Source: Azolla caroliniana (taxonomy: Eukaryota > Plantae > Polypodiophyta). From it: DNA of 64,000 nucleotides. The notes beneath the pieces were generated by a model. That model was given only the letters and a program-made list of their open reading frames with translations. It had not been told where the DNA came from and did no database searches. Position 1 is the stretch's first letter; every line of letters starts with the position of its first letter. The position numbers were made by a program, and so were the translations under genes. The stretch covers positions 18,786,001 through 18,850,000 of the forward strand of contig JBHGNT010000010.1 of the NCBI GenBank assembly GCA_043228905.1, given 5' to 3'. Below, piece by piece: positions 15,201 through 28,432 of this stretch.

Positions 15201-17190
15201 GTCATTTTCATTGTGGTTTTTAAGTCATATCTAAGTTGCCTTATCTTTGTATTTAATGATCTTGTGATAAGCAAATCATCAAAACAATATATTATTAAGC
15301 ATAATAGATCATCTTGAGGAAATGTAGAGAATGATCTATTATGTGATGAATGATTACGGTCCGCCATTTCTCAGGGATCCCCCGAACCACAGATTAAATA
15401 ATATTCTATTTCGGTTGTCGTCATCTGTAAGGCGAACTTATCTTTTATCTCTTGAAGTTTCTCTAGACTGGCGAATGGAAGCATTTATTTGTTGGGATAG
15501 ACTATTCTATGGAAATTGGACTACGTGGACCATGCAACTTATTTGGACATGCCAAAGATGAACACCATGAGACTTTGAATAAGGATCTCAGTCAGTGGGA
15601 TGACAGTCATCCAGGTAAGATAACGAAGTTAGTATATGGTCATTTTACAACTACATTTATTGCTGGCTCTGAGAATGGAAGTCGCCCTGAAGATATCTTT
15701 GCAAAGCATAATATATCAGCTTATTTGTGTGGACATCTTCACTGCCAGTTTGGAAAGAACCTGCTTAAGCATCACGTCCGAAGTTTATCAAAGGATGTTG
15801 GAGAATTTTGGGAATGGGAAATGGGGGACTGGAAAGAGAATAGAGTCTTACGAATTATAGCGATCGATCATGGATATACATCCTTTTTGGACCTTTCTCT
15901 TGCTGATATGGATGCTGACAACCGTGCCTCTGGCACTAATAGTTTTGTTCTTGTAACACATCCGCTTGATTCTCAGAAGATGCAGAGGAGAACATTTTCC
16001 TTCATGTCTGCCAATGTTCATAATTCTGTGAGAGCTCTAGTTTTCTCCAACGAATTGGTGATATTGGCAAAAGCACTTGTGTATGATAGTGATAGAGATC
16101 TTTTCACTCCTCTTATCGAGTTTGAGCTACAAGAGTCATTCAAGGCAAGTGATAATGTTATCTATTTGGTTTCACCATTGAACATGACGAACTACATGGA
16201 TCCTTCCCCGACTCGTTTTCTCTTACAGGTTGTAGCCATTACTATGTCAGGAAGGCAGATAGTTAGTGATTTGAGGCCATTTTCTGGTAGTGCCCAGTTA
16301 AAAAGTTTGGGCTGGACCTTGAAGGAATTCTTTGTAATGGGAATTGTATGGGATGATCTCTACAAACCTTTGTTGTGGACAGCCTTTGGTGTTTTGTTGT
16401 CGTTCCTTCTTATACAAAAGCTCCACTTCTATCAAATGAGAAATGGCTATCACAGCCAATTATCGTCTAAAAGTAACAGCTTTACGATGCTAAGAAAGGT
16501 ATTATTACAAACATACGAAGCCACAACAAAAATATGGTGGGCAGAATTCTTCATCATTATTTATTTGATGTGCATGCCCTGGTTCTGGGGAAATGTTCTT
16601 GGGGATGATTATCAAGTGGGCAGCATGTCGGTGATGGGATGGTCAATTAATAACATAACGGAGCATCATGCTAAATTCAAGAGGGATCTAGGAGTGCCCG
16701 ATGTCATAGTCATTGTTCTTTTGTATCTTTACATGATTTTAGTGCCAACCTTCCTCATTGTGTCAGCTCTATTTATTGAACAATCGCTGGTTCGAGTCTA
16801 TTCATCGTTTTATGTCAAAAAGCATTCAGCGGAGCAGAAATGCAAGGTCGAGAAGTCAGAACAGGATCTAGATAACATTGTTTCCAAGCGATGGTTGAGA
16901 AAAGTTTTACTTGCAGCTTGTCTTGGGGTTATCTACCTTCATGCACAAGTGAGTGTGCGCTCATTTTATGCTGAAATGTTTTGTTTTCCCTTTTGGAATT
17001 GGCTCACATAATAATTTTCCTCAATGGTTTTTGTGTGCAGCAAACGCGAGCTGTAGTTGGTGCATATGGGTGGACGGCAATGCTGATTTCTCCTGGTTTT
17101 GCATGGCCTGTTCCACTGCTGCTTGTAACTGCTATTCTGCAAACATCTGATGTACAACCACCCTTAAGTAAACACTTAGATAGGTTTTAG
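12272..17190 (+). CDS. Membrane-bound calcineurin-like metallophosphoesterase (At3g03305 / TMEM62-like), 4 exons
   Basis: Exons 12272-12581, 13247-13488, 15467-16948, 17041-17190. Features: N-terminal hydrophobic signal, VQLSDLHFS, IITGDLTDGK, DVRGNHD, YLCGHLH, WEWEMGDWKENR, and several C-terminal TM segments. Confidence 0.92.
14206..14533. repeat. Near-perfect 163-bp tandem duplication in intron 2
   Basis: TGCCGTCCACTCATTACTGATG...CTATTTGCTAATG at 14206 and 14369. Confidence 0.95.
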
Positions 17191-18005
17191 AAGTTGTTTG
17201 CTATCACAAGTCACTTCAGTTACCATATTGAAATTATATGAAAGGAATTAAGTTTTGGATTTTGAGCTTATGAAGTATTATTACTGATGCGTAGAGAATA
17301 AAAAATGCCTTTTTGTATGATATTGATGGTTTTTAGTTCTTATTACTGGTCTCATATCTCTGGTCAAAATTCTGCTGCTCGTCACTAAATAAATGCTCTA
17401 GTAATTGTTTCATTCATGACACATTGAACCTTAAAGATTGTTGCACCTATGTACACATTTTAATGATGTATATATACATAATGTTTTGCAATTATTAAAC
17501 TGTGAGGGTCCATAATTATTTTCTTAGTGTATATGGTGGGTAAATGAATTTTACCAAAAGTAGTTAATGTCCACTATAAAAGCTTTGGTTTGCTGAAATT
17601 GCCAGCAATAAAATCTATTTGTTTACACTTAGATTGGGATGTTAATTCAGCTTGAATCTGTACTTGCTGTTCCTTCTTGAATCTGTGCATATGATACACC
17701 CATTGCTGGACTAGAGCCCTAGAACCCAATTTATCAACAGTGTAGTACCTTGAGAGGTGTGTTTGCACATTTTTATTTTCTTTGATTATGAACGTATTTC
17801 CAGACCACAACTGATTGGGTGTTAATCCTACAGTTTCTGTGCTGTATCTGGTGACACAAGGCATTTCAGAGTTTTGTCCTGAGAAATATAATGCACATGG
17901 AAAATAGCCTCATTTTGTCTTGCTCTCAGACCTGAAATTCAATTATGGGTAATGATTGCACTTTTGGAGTTCGCCAGTCTTGATGGCACATCTTTTAGCA
18001 TGCCT

Positions 18006-20864
18006 TCATATTGCAGCATCGGCATCTGCATAAATGTTGAACATACAAACATAGGGTGCTGCATCCTTCTCAACTAATTGTATTGCATGTTTGAAGGCAT
18101 GTTTTCCATGCTTGATATTACTCCATTTTCTACAAGAACCTAACAGTGTGAGCCACAACACAATACCAGGTTGGAATGGCATCTTCTCAAGCATTGCTGC
18201 AGCCATGTCAATGCACCCTGCACGACTAAGAATATCGACCATACAAGCATGGTGTTCAGGAGTCACCATTAAATTATCACAACAATGTTCAATCATGGAC
18301 TTGAAGAAACTCTGGCCATCCTCGATTTTCCCTGCATTACTACATGCATTCAGAATACTAACAAATGTCACCTCATCTCCTTGTATACCTTGCCCCATCA
18401 TTCTTTCATAGATATATAAACCGGTTTCGTATGCTCCGAGTTGCGCATACCCCCCAATAAGTGTATTCCATATGACTAGAGAAGGTTCTAAGAGCTCGTC
18501 AAATACATTTTGTGCATCGAGAAGCAAGCCAAAATTTGTGTACATGTTGACTATGCTGCTGCCTATGAAAGCATCTTTGTCTGAAAACCCCTTTTCAACA
18601 ATCTTTGCATGGATTTCTTGACCCCTGTCTATGCTTCCCATGTTACTACAAGCTATAAGACAAGAAACTAATGTGATGGCATCAGCTGAGAATCCCTCAT
18701 TTTCCATGGTTTCAAAGAATACAAGTGCTTCTTCATAACAATCATCATCACTTGCATATCCTGCAATCAACGCATTCCATGACACCACATCCAAGTCTCG
18801 GAGTTTGTTGAACACTTCATCCGCTTCTGTAAGCCAACCAAATTTAGCATACATATCAATTAATGTGTTACCAACCAAATTTTCTTGTTCTAGACCCTTA
18901 CATATGATGTCCTTGTGTAGTTTTTGACCATTTTCCGTTGCCTTTATGCTGCTACAGGCTGTCAGGGCACAAACAAGCATAACTGCATCCAGACAGATAC
19001 CTTCACTCCGCATCTCTTCTAAACCAATCAATGCATTGTCACCTTGCCCATCTTCGGCATATCCCATGATCAATGCTGTCCATGAGAACACATCTCGAGA
19101 TGGCATGCCCATAAGGACAGTTTGTGCTTCTCTAAGTAAGCCACATTTCGAGTACATGTCGATCAGAGTGTTTGAAATGTCATAATCTTTCTCCAAACCC
19201 ATCTTCACAGACCATACATGCATCCCTTGCCCTTTAGTTGTCGCTGCTATATTGCGGCATGCTTTTAAGCTGCACAAAAGTGTAACCACGTCCAGTAGAA
19301 CATACTCATTTATAAATTGCTCAACATAGCTCAATGCTTTCTCCTCATGGCCATGTTCAGTATATCCTGCAATTAACACATTGACTGAGACTATTGTCTG
19401 AAGGGAGAGGTCATCAAACACTTTATGAGCTTCAGTAATTGAACCATACTTCACATATCCATCGATCAAAGTACTTCCTATAAATGGGTTTTCTTCAATT
19501 CCAATCTTGATTATGTCAGCATGTAATTCATAAATTCTGGCAGAGGCTCCTAGATTACCACATGCTTTCATGCACCACACAAAGGTAACAAAAGTTGGAG
19601 ACATATTCTTGTGCTTAAGGTGATGAAAGCACTCCAGAGCTTTTTCTGGTTGCCCATTCTCCACATAGCCCGCCATTAACACGTTCCATGAAACTATGTC
19701 TGGAATCACAAGTTTATCAAACACATGTTGGGCTGTGATGACTGAACCACATTTTCCATACATATCAATTAAGGTATTAGCAACATAGACTTCTTTGTCC
19801 ATTCCCTTCCTTATAATGTCTGAATACATTCTTGTGCCCTTATCTAGGTCTCTAATATAACCACATGATTTCAATCCTGCAACAAATGCAGTGCTATTTG
19901 GAGGGATGCCCTCCTCTTGCATTTGCTCGAAATTGTCAAGTGCTTTCCCCGCACACCCCACTTCTATATACCCAGTGATCAATGATGTCCACAATACCAC
20001 ATCTTTAAGTGAGATCTTGTTAAAAATTTCTATTGCTTCCACAAGAAAGCCACATTTTGTATAGAAATCAATGAGAGTGCTGCCAATAAAAGCATCATTT
20101 TCATAACCCTTTTTCACAATGTCAGCATGTATCTTGTGGCCTCTGTCTCGGGAGTTTGTATTTGCACATGCTTTCAAGGTACAGATATATGTAACTTCAC
20201 TCGGAGAAATGCCTTGCTCTTGCATTTGGGCCAAGCAAAAGAGAGCCTCCTCATCACACCCATATTGTAGAAAGGCCGATATCATCGTTGTCCAAGAAAC
20301 CATGTTCCGAACACAAAGTGTGTTGAACACGTCCTTTGCTCTTTCCAGACAACCCAATTTGGCATACATGTCCACCAATGTGGATCCAATGAATACATCC
20401 TTATGCAGCAGGTTGAGTTCTATGATATCGGCGTGCAATCGACAACCGCTGTTCAAATCCTTAAGAGCTATACAAGACTTGAGTAAAGCCACGAAAGCAT
20501 ACTCACTTGTATGTGAAGGATGAATCAGCTTGTCTGCCACTAATGTTTGGTAAAGGGAGAGAGCATTCTGGAACTCTCCACAATTGGCATGGCCTATGAT
20601 GAGAGAATCGCATGTAATTTGATGCTTTTGTGTTAGGTTATTAAAGACTTGATGGGCAAGGGAGATCGTACACTGCCCGTTATATGGTCTTGTGAGAACA
20701 GAAACGATGAGATTGCCAACTGTCGGATGGGACTGGAGACCAATGGATCGGATGTAAGAATGGAGGGTTAGGGTTTGAGGCAGTGCTATGTCCTTGTTGT
20801 TGTTGAGATAATTCTTCAAGATCCATGCCACATCCTCGGGGACGGGATGGATGGGAGGAGGCAT
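18006..20864 (-). CDS. PLS-class pentatricopeptide repeat protein with E domain, no DYW; intronless, 952 aa
   Basis: Repeated P-L-S triplets (GSTLVDMYAKLGCLERA, VSWNALIAGY, TFVSILNACS). The C-terminus MPFQPGIVLWLTLLGSCRKW...AAPYVCMFNIYA is an E motif. Likely an organellar RNA-editing specificity factor. Confidence 0.95.
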   Translation of the reverse strand: MPPPIHPVPEDVAWILKNYLNNNKDIALPQTLTLHSYIRSIGLQSHPTVGNLIVSVLTRPYNGQCTISLAHQVFNNLTQKHQITCDSLIIGHANCGEFQNALSLYQTLVADKLIHPSHTSEYAFVALLKSCIALKDLNSGCRLHADIIELNLLHKDVFIGSTLVDMYAKLGCLERAKDVFNTLCVRNMVSWTTMISAFLQYGCDEEALFCLAQMQEQGISPSEVTYICTLKACANTNSRDRGHKIHADIVKKGYENDAFIGSTLIDFYTKCGFLVEAIEIFNKISLKDVVLWTSLITGYIEVGCAGKALDNFEQMQEEGIPPNSTAFVAGLKSCGYIRDLDKGTRMYSDIIRKGMDKEVYVANTLIDMYGKCGSVITAQHVFDKLVIPDIVSWNVLMAGYVENGQPEKALECFHHLKHKNMSPTFVTFVWCMKACGNLGASARIYELHADIIKIGIEENPFIGSTLIDGYVKYGSITEAHKVFDDLSLQTIVSVNVLIAGYTEHGHEEKALSYVEQFINEYVLLDVVTLLCSLKACRNIAATTKGQGMHVWSVKMGLEKDYDISNTLIDMYSKCGLLREAQTVLMGMPSRDVFSWTALIMGYAEDGQGDNALIGLEEMRSEGICLDAVMLVCALTACSSIKATENGQKLHKDIICKGLEQENLVGNTLIDMYAKFGWLTEADEVFNKLRDLDVVSWNALIAGYASDDDCYEEALVFFETMENEGFSADAITLVSCLIACSNMGSIDRGQEIHAKIVEKGFSDKDAFIGSSIVNMYTNFGLLLDAQNVFDELLEPSLVIWNTLIGGYAQLGAYETGLYIYERMMGQGIQGDEVTFVSILNACSNAGKIEDGQSFFKSMIEHCCDNLMVTPEHHACMVDILSRAGCIDMAAAMLEKMPFQPGIVLWLTLLGSCRKWSNIKHGKHAFKHAIQLVEKDAAPYVCMFNIYADADAAI

Positions 20865-21980
20865 GAATTATGATGAGGTTAAGTTGTAAAATCATATTCA
20901 TTCTGTCTCATCATCATCAAGCATCAACCATGGGCAGTCAAAACAGAGTCAGAGAGAGCTACTTATGATGATGGTTAAAACTTAAGTTGTGGAAGCATAT
21001 TCATTCATTCTGTCTCATCATCATCAAACATCAATCATCTTCAATCAAAAACAGGGGCAGAGAAAGCTATGTGCTTGCAACCTTGCTTAACTTAACTCTG
21101 ATGGATTGAACATATGGACCAATATATACTCCTCATTTTTGTCCATATCTCTCTTTCTAGCTCTTTCTCCATAACTCATTGCAAATGTGGTCTGAATTGG
21201 GGGCATAGTTGACATGGATTGTCATTCTGCACAACGGACTGATCCAACTACAAGTAAATTGTTTGGAGACCACTAGGTCATTAGTCCGATGCCCTAAGAT
21301 CTCTTCGACCTAGAAGATCCGTCTAGATTCTGACCCATAACTAATTGTTATGGAGACTCACCCAGGTCTATCGAACTAAAGGAAGTTGTTCGGGGAGACC
21401 ATGCATGTGGCCATAAAGTTCGGCACATCCGAAAGGATAATGTCTAGAGACTTCCGAGGCCATTAATCCAATGCACGTAGAGATCTATATAATTGACAGA
21501 AATTGTTTTCGCAGACTATGGGGTCACTGGTTTGATACGATCATATCCATCACACAAGATCTAGCATGTAGTCTTAGAGAAGTGTTATTTATTGGTGTAA
21601 CAAACATGTATGAATGTGAGGATTTAAACTGAGTAAACTTGATCTTGATGATCCAATAGGTTACAACAAAGGTAAAAGCCCATTAAGATGGTGTGATGCT
21701 TTTAACACATTGACTGCACTATGGATCAACCTAACCACGTGTATTGATTGTGAGGGTGCGTATTCAAAAGGGAAAAGAACCATCATTGTCATCAATATCT
21801 TTCGTTGCCATCATAAACATCATTTTCTTTGCATCTCGCTTTAGCTTGTCTGTGTCTCTCAACATTTGACTCGTTGGAATGTCTTTAAAAACATAGAGGA
21901 ATTTGCATATTTGCACATTTAAGGGAAAATACATTTTATATAGGAACTTTTGTATATGACGAGGATAACTGGAGTGTGAA

Positions 21981-22334
21981 TGTTAGTGTGTGGAAAAGTA
22001 AGACAGAACCGGCTCAGCCGGATAGCAACAAAAAATGAGACGAAGGTTTAATGGAAAAGCTTCAAACACAACGGAGATAGAGAGAGCAGAACATAAAACT
22101 ATATTCAAAAAGTTAACTCTAAAACTCTGTACATACAACGTGCTAAACAACACTATTTATACAAGTCCATAAAGGACTGATAGAAGTACTGATAGGTACT
22201 TCAATGCTCACACGTGCGACTGACACTAACTGCGAGACAATGATTACCTAGTAGTCTAGGCTACTACTAGGCTTCCGGTTCCCACTTGAATCCAGCTCCC
22301 CGATCCGGATCCGGTTGAGCTTGCTCGCTCAACA
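21981..22334. mobile_element. Probable solo LTR
   Basis: 354-bp segment bounded by TGTTAG...CTCAACA with an internal TATTTATA box. The flanks (GTGAA / TAGAG) do not form a TSD. Confidence 0.45.
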
Positions 22335-25300
22335 TAGAGCTTTGTGAGCTTTCAAGCTCTCTCAAAATACCCACATTAGAGAAGAGGAGTTTGTTTGAAT
22401 TTTTGGTTCTTGGGTGATCTTCTTCACCAACAAAGATTTCTTTGTCTTCTTCTACAACTACAAGAATTCATCTTCTACTTGGGTGATCTTCTTTTTCTAC
22501 AACTAAAATCACTCGTCTTCTTCTTCATCTTCAACAAGGATATTCATGTTCTTCGACTAGGGTTCATCTTATATTAGGGTGATCATCTTTTAAAGGATTC
22601 TCAAATCATATTAATCATTACAAATCACAATCAATAGTTCATCTTGACTCTCCTATAAGGCATAATCTTCAACAAGTTTTTTATCATCCTCTTCAATGAT
22701 TCTCTTTATTTTCTTGTTCTACTCAAGGGTGACAACCTACTTGATGTTTTATGTCACCTCTTGTTGTAATAATATATTTGTAATCAAATTTATTATTCGA
22801 TTTGTCGATCACTTGTCCACTTAACTCTAAAATAGAGTTGGGGGCAGAAATCACTTAATATTAGTGAACTTAATAGTTTCGGCCTTGTCACAATAATTTC
22901 TACCTAAATCTCATGATATTTTGCCTTTCATTCATCCCTCTCTTAGTTCAAAACCCTAGTGGTTCCGCATAAGCACACTTGCATTCACACAATTTTACAA
23001 ACAAAAATAATAGAGACAGAAATTACAATGAAAAAATGAAAATAGTACTCTTGGAGTTTCATTTTGAAAACACACATAATATTTCATGGAAGTATACACA
23101 TATTGTAACTTGTGAGGTTGCCACTTGTTTCAATTCAATTAAGTGTTCATATATGGGAGAAATAATCCATTACTACCAGTACCTTTATATGACATTGATA
23201 CAAGTACAAAATTTTAATAATATACTATTTTACATATGTACACCAAAACAATGACTTGTTTTTAAGGTTAAAATCGCATGCTTCTTTTTTATGATATCAT
23301 TCAATCAAGAGATCAACTATTTCATTTTATCACATGTATGTTTGATTCTCCATATACAATTTAGCTACAACAAGAAAGAGATCGACATTCTTGCCTTTTT
23401 TACCAACTATATTTGGCAGCTAGCCTTTTTACTATCATCTAATTCTATTTTGAAGTGTCTCATTCATCAAGAAGCTTAATCGTGTAAAATATCTCACTTT
23501 ATTGCGAGTAAAACACTTGTGAATGGCTTTTTTAGATTGAAACTGCATGGAGTATGTCAATATCGTGATAGTCTTGCAACTACACCCTTTCCACTATATG
23601 GGGTAAATTTAGCTCTACAACATTCTATACCTAACCATAGCATTAGTATGTTCTCACTAGAGTGGAGATTTTATGTGTAAAGCTATTTGGTGGCAAGCGA
23701 AAATTAGTTAATAGATATGTAGTAGGAAAACATTCACAATATATCGACAACCATCATCGTTGTACTTTACATTGGGAAACGATCGCTAATATGCTTGGCT
23801 ACTCTTATTTGAAAAGAAAACCAAAAACCTATGCCTTCCCTTCAAATGTGTTATTTTGGTAACAATCATAATATAGCCAAAAAAAATTAACACAAGGATT
23901 CATTACAACATGCATAAAGTTAGGTTCAAGTTTTCTTTTAGCTTTTTAATCTTGTATTCTGCAATAGACTAGGGAATATGGTGAAATATGTGCCTCCTTT
24001 TACAAAATCAAAAGGAATATACCAAGAGTTACCTTTTCTGTGAAACTGTACCCATTCAAAATGCAATTGTGTTGATTGTGCAACCTTTTAATAAATGGAA
24101 CCATTTTGTATGGAATGAGTTGTATCGATAAGGTTAAGGTCGAATTGTTATTGCAAAGGGATAAACAAAATGTGATTGAAAATCACTTCTAGGTGGATTT
24201 AAGAAATGGACATGCTTATCAATATGAAGTTGGACGTTAACAAGACAAGAACAAATGGCGATGAAAACGTTTTTTATGATAACATTGGTATCATGGTAGA
24301 GCTCAAACTCAACTAAGAGTAATGAAGTACCTATTGTTGGATTGACATGTCATTTAGGGTCTAGTGTGCATGTTTTGATGAGGTGAATTTTGTATTAGTA
24401 TGTATGGCTTCATGTCTAGAGTGTGAAACATGTTGGCCTATTTAGAATGGGAGCACATAATTATGGTGAAACAATACAAGACATTTGATAAGATAATTTA
24501 TCACAAATATACAAACGAAAGGACATTTTGGGAATCATGAGATATAGCCTATAATATTTCCATAAAACATAACTATTATGGGATCTATTAGTGCATGGTC
24601 GATATGTAAATAGAATTAAGTAGGAAAAAGAGAAGTACTCTATTTATAAGGCATAATGCAACAAAGAAGAGTAAGCTACAATTTCCAATCGAGTGTTGTT
24701 GCTACCATTTTTTCGTTTAACACCCTCTTTAACTTTCTCCTGTGAGTGATTGGCTAATACGTCATCTATGTTTGAGCGGCATAACCTCCTCATCAATTAT
24801 AGTAGGGTTTGATTAATTAACATATACATATCCTAATTAACCTATGCAATCCCCTCGTTGGAGATTCAACCCCTTGGTACCTGGCAGACCCAAGTGGACA
24901 TATCTTGGTCATAACATGATTTCTGTTGAGGGTTAGAACCCATATGAGCTTCCATAACTGATGCTACCTTGAACACAACTTTGAGAGCGGTCAAAGTTCA
25001 TTATTTTTTAGCGTGAGTAAAACATTGTTAGCATACACAAATAATGAGAATTTAGAAGTATACATATTTATGATACATTTTAGGGTTAACCTAGCCATTT
25101 TAACTATTTACACAAATAGTTACGACAACATGTACGTGTCCATTATCATGTATGCACTACAATTTAAAACTCCCTCATAACAAGCATATACAATGTCACT
25201 AACTCATCTTGTCAACATTGGAATCAAGTCCAAAGCCATTTGAGTTGTATATTTTAAGAAATCTAAATGATTTGAATTAAAAGCTAGTTTGTACATCAAG

Positions 25301-26719
25301 TACACATTATAAGTTTGTGAAATCAAAAGCATTGTTCATTCAATTACATAAACAATATGAAGTCTTCGTTGTGTATGAATGCACTTATTGTTAACTTCAT
25401 TGTTCCAAAATCCCTAAACACAAAATATCTTACAAATTTAGATGGAATGTATCAAGAGTACCTTTACGATCCAAAATCCTAGAGTGCTTTTTGTTTTATG
25501 TACATCATTTTCAAGTTGTTAGAAAATGTTGTACACTTATTCGATTGCCTACACAAAATGTATTCCGTTTCCATTATTCTTGGGCTATGGTGTTAGTCTG
25601 AGTGCACATGTTCTATTTACGTGTAGCTTATGGATGCTATGTACATGCTATAACTTTGCTCGTGTATCATTGAGGAGAGATTTCCAAACAAAACATGTGA
25701 ATGTCTGATTATTGTAAAGAAGGATTATCATAAACATGTTACCTTTGGAGGGGGGGGGGGGGGGGGGTTGGGTAGTTTACCATGAAGAGTAGCTCTTGTA
25801 TATCATCACCTCATATCATCTCTACACTCGTAACATTCAACAATGTCCATGCTAACATTTGTAATTATCTAGTGTTTGTTTCCCTTCCGTAAAAACAAAA
25901 AAGCCAATTAATAGTCAACAAATCTAAGGTTATTATTGAACTAGAAATAACTTTAGGAATATACTCTTTCATTATCGATATAAAGGTTAAAACCTCTGGA
26001 AGCTAATTATTACAACTGTTATTCTCGAATATACAAAGGGCATCGATGATATTAGACCATACCCGAGTAAAATTTAATATTACCATCATATCAGACATTA
26101 CAAGTATAATACGCAGCATCTATATTTGTTGTCTTTGGAATGCAGAATATACTATGGCACATACTGATGACCGATATAATTGCACAAGGTGACAAAAATA
26201 GTTCTAACTTTGAAATAGTGAGGAATTGAAAGCTGATTACGATGAGATGTTTTGTGAGAGGGAGAGGGAGAGAGAGATGGGATTGCAAGCAAAACAGTGT
26301 AAAGTTCTTTTGGCATTATGTTGGTGGGTGTGAAAGCACGACCTTAGACCACCAACTTTCGCTTCTTTTAAGGAGCAAGGTCGGTGGGTCAAGGCCATTC
26401 GTACAAGGAGGTCGCTTTTTGTGTATGGGTTTTCGACCGGCTATGTGAAGAGAGCTTGAGGAGCCCATTGTGGATGGAAGAAAAAAAGAGGAGTGAAGAG
26501 AAAGGCTAGAGAGAAGAGATTGGTTGCAGAATCCAGGAGAGTTTTGTGTGGCTACAGATATAGACTCACGCAAATCACACAACAAATTGCACGCGTAGCC
26601 AAACACACACACACATATCTATCTATCTATCGAGTCAGAAGGAAAAAACAACACAAACATTATATCGAATAAGCGCAAGCGCGGTTGAAGAGAAAGTGAG
26701 ACAAAATACGACATGTATA

Positions 26720-26944
26720 CACACATACACACATTTATTACATGCATACATACAATACAATACAATACAATACGTACAATACATTACAATATGCACAATA
26801 CAATACAATGCATAAATACATACATACATATAATACAATACAATACATACATGCATACATATATTACAATTTAGATACCTACATACATACCTACATACAT
26901 GCATACATACAATACATACATACATACATGCATGGATACATACA

Positions 26945-26976
<32 letters not shown>

Positions 26977-27030
26977 CATACATACATACATACATACATA
27001 CATACATACATACATACATACATACATACA

Positions 27031-27063
<33 letters not shown>

Positions 27064-27192
27064 TACATACATACATACATACATACATATATTACATACA
27101 TACATACATGCATACATATATTGCATACATACATACATACATACATACATACATACATACATACATACATACATACATACATACATACATAC
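26720..27192. repeat. Long (TACA)n / (TACAA)n microsatellite upstream of PP2C
   Basis: Directly visible; it explains the MYVC/HTYI ORFs. Confidence 0.97.
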
Positions 27193-28432
27193 AAACAATG
27201 TCAAATGAGGGGATGAGTGTGTGTGTTCAAAAAACGTTTCACATACAAAGAAGGAGAAAGAGAAGGAGAAGGAGAAGGAGAAGAAGGAGATGGAAGGAAA
27301 GAGAGACATGTCCATGTATTATTAGGGTTTGTGTGTTGGTTCGGTTCAGTTTTAGGGTTTGTTGCAGCAGTGTCTGTGTGTGTGCCTCGACGTCTCTCTC
27401 TTTCTCCATCTCTGTCTCTCTGTCTCTCTCTGCGCGCGCCCGAGAAAAAACAGTTCTCTTCTTCTTCCTTCTTCGTCTTGCTGCCGTAAGTATACACAAT
27501 CTTTTGTAAAATTTCTAGTTCTTGTCTCTTCTCTGCGCCATGTATGTATGTCGTTTTATCTGTGTGTGTTTGTCTGTGTACGAGGGATTTTTTTACAATC
27601 AGGATACTCAAATTATTTATTTATTTATTCTTGCGCTTATTTCCAGTTCTTTTCTCTTTTCTGCGCTATTTATGTCTCTCGTCTTCTCTTTCCTTTGAAT
27701 TCTTGTGAGTTTTTTCTTTCTCTCTCCTTCTTCCCAAATGCTTGCTTATTTATTTTTCCAGTATCTGTATTTTTCTGCTCTACGCATTCTTTTCTTCTTC
27801 TTCTGCATTTTTTTTCTTTTCAAATAATGCATTTTTAGGTTTTGCATATTATTTCTTTTTCTCTTTTTCTCTAGTATTTCTTCTGTTCAAATCGTTCATT
27901 TGGAGGTTTTCCAATGTGTAAAGCTTCTCTAGTAATTATGCTGTTTTTGTCCAATCGTGCCTCTTAGGCTTTTACAATGTGGCTTTTCTTCTGTTAGTGT
28001 CTATCCTGTTTTTTTTATACTTAAATCTTGCATTCTTAGGTTTTACAGTGCGTGTTTCCGTTTCTTTTCTCTCTGAATGCTTTCTTTTTTTCCAGCTCAA
28101 ATCTTAATATGCTTTCCTTACTCGTTTTTTCTCTACAATTTCCCCTGTCGTCTGTGCAGGTCGTGTCTTTATTGAGATCTTACAACATGTTTCTTTTCCT
28201 CCTTGTTTATGTATAGGTCGAATCTTTCATTTTTAGGTCTAATAATGTCCATCTTTAAACTGTCATTGCAGAAAGGAAAAATACCGCATTCAGGTTAAAA
28301 ACTGTGTCGAGAATTACAACTATTTCCATCAGAAGTGATTAGTATCATTGCTCGTGTTTCAAAGATTATTTTTTCTTCAACAAGAAAAAGTCACCATAGG
28401 TTGCATCTTCATGCCCAGAAGAAACATTAAAT

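Noticed and set aside
22380-25500. Possible decayed transposon in AT-rich intergenic DNA
   Set aside because: No recognisable domain or termini could be read by eye.
26635-27509. ORFs of 226 and 255 aa (MYVC/HTYI repeats)
   Set aside because: Translations of the (TACA)n microsatellite.
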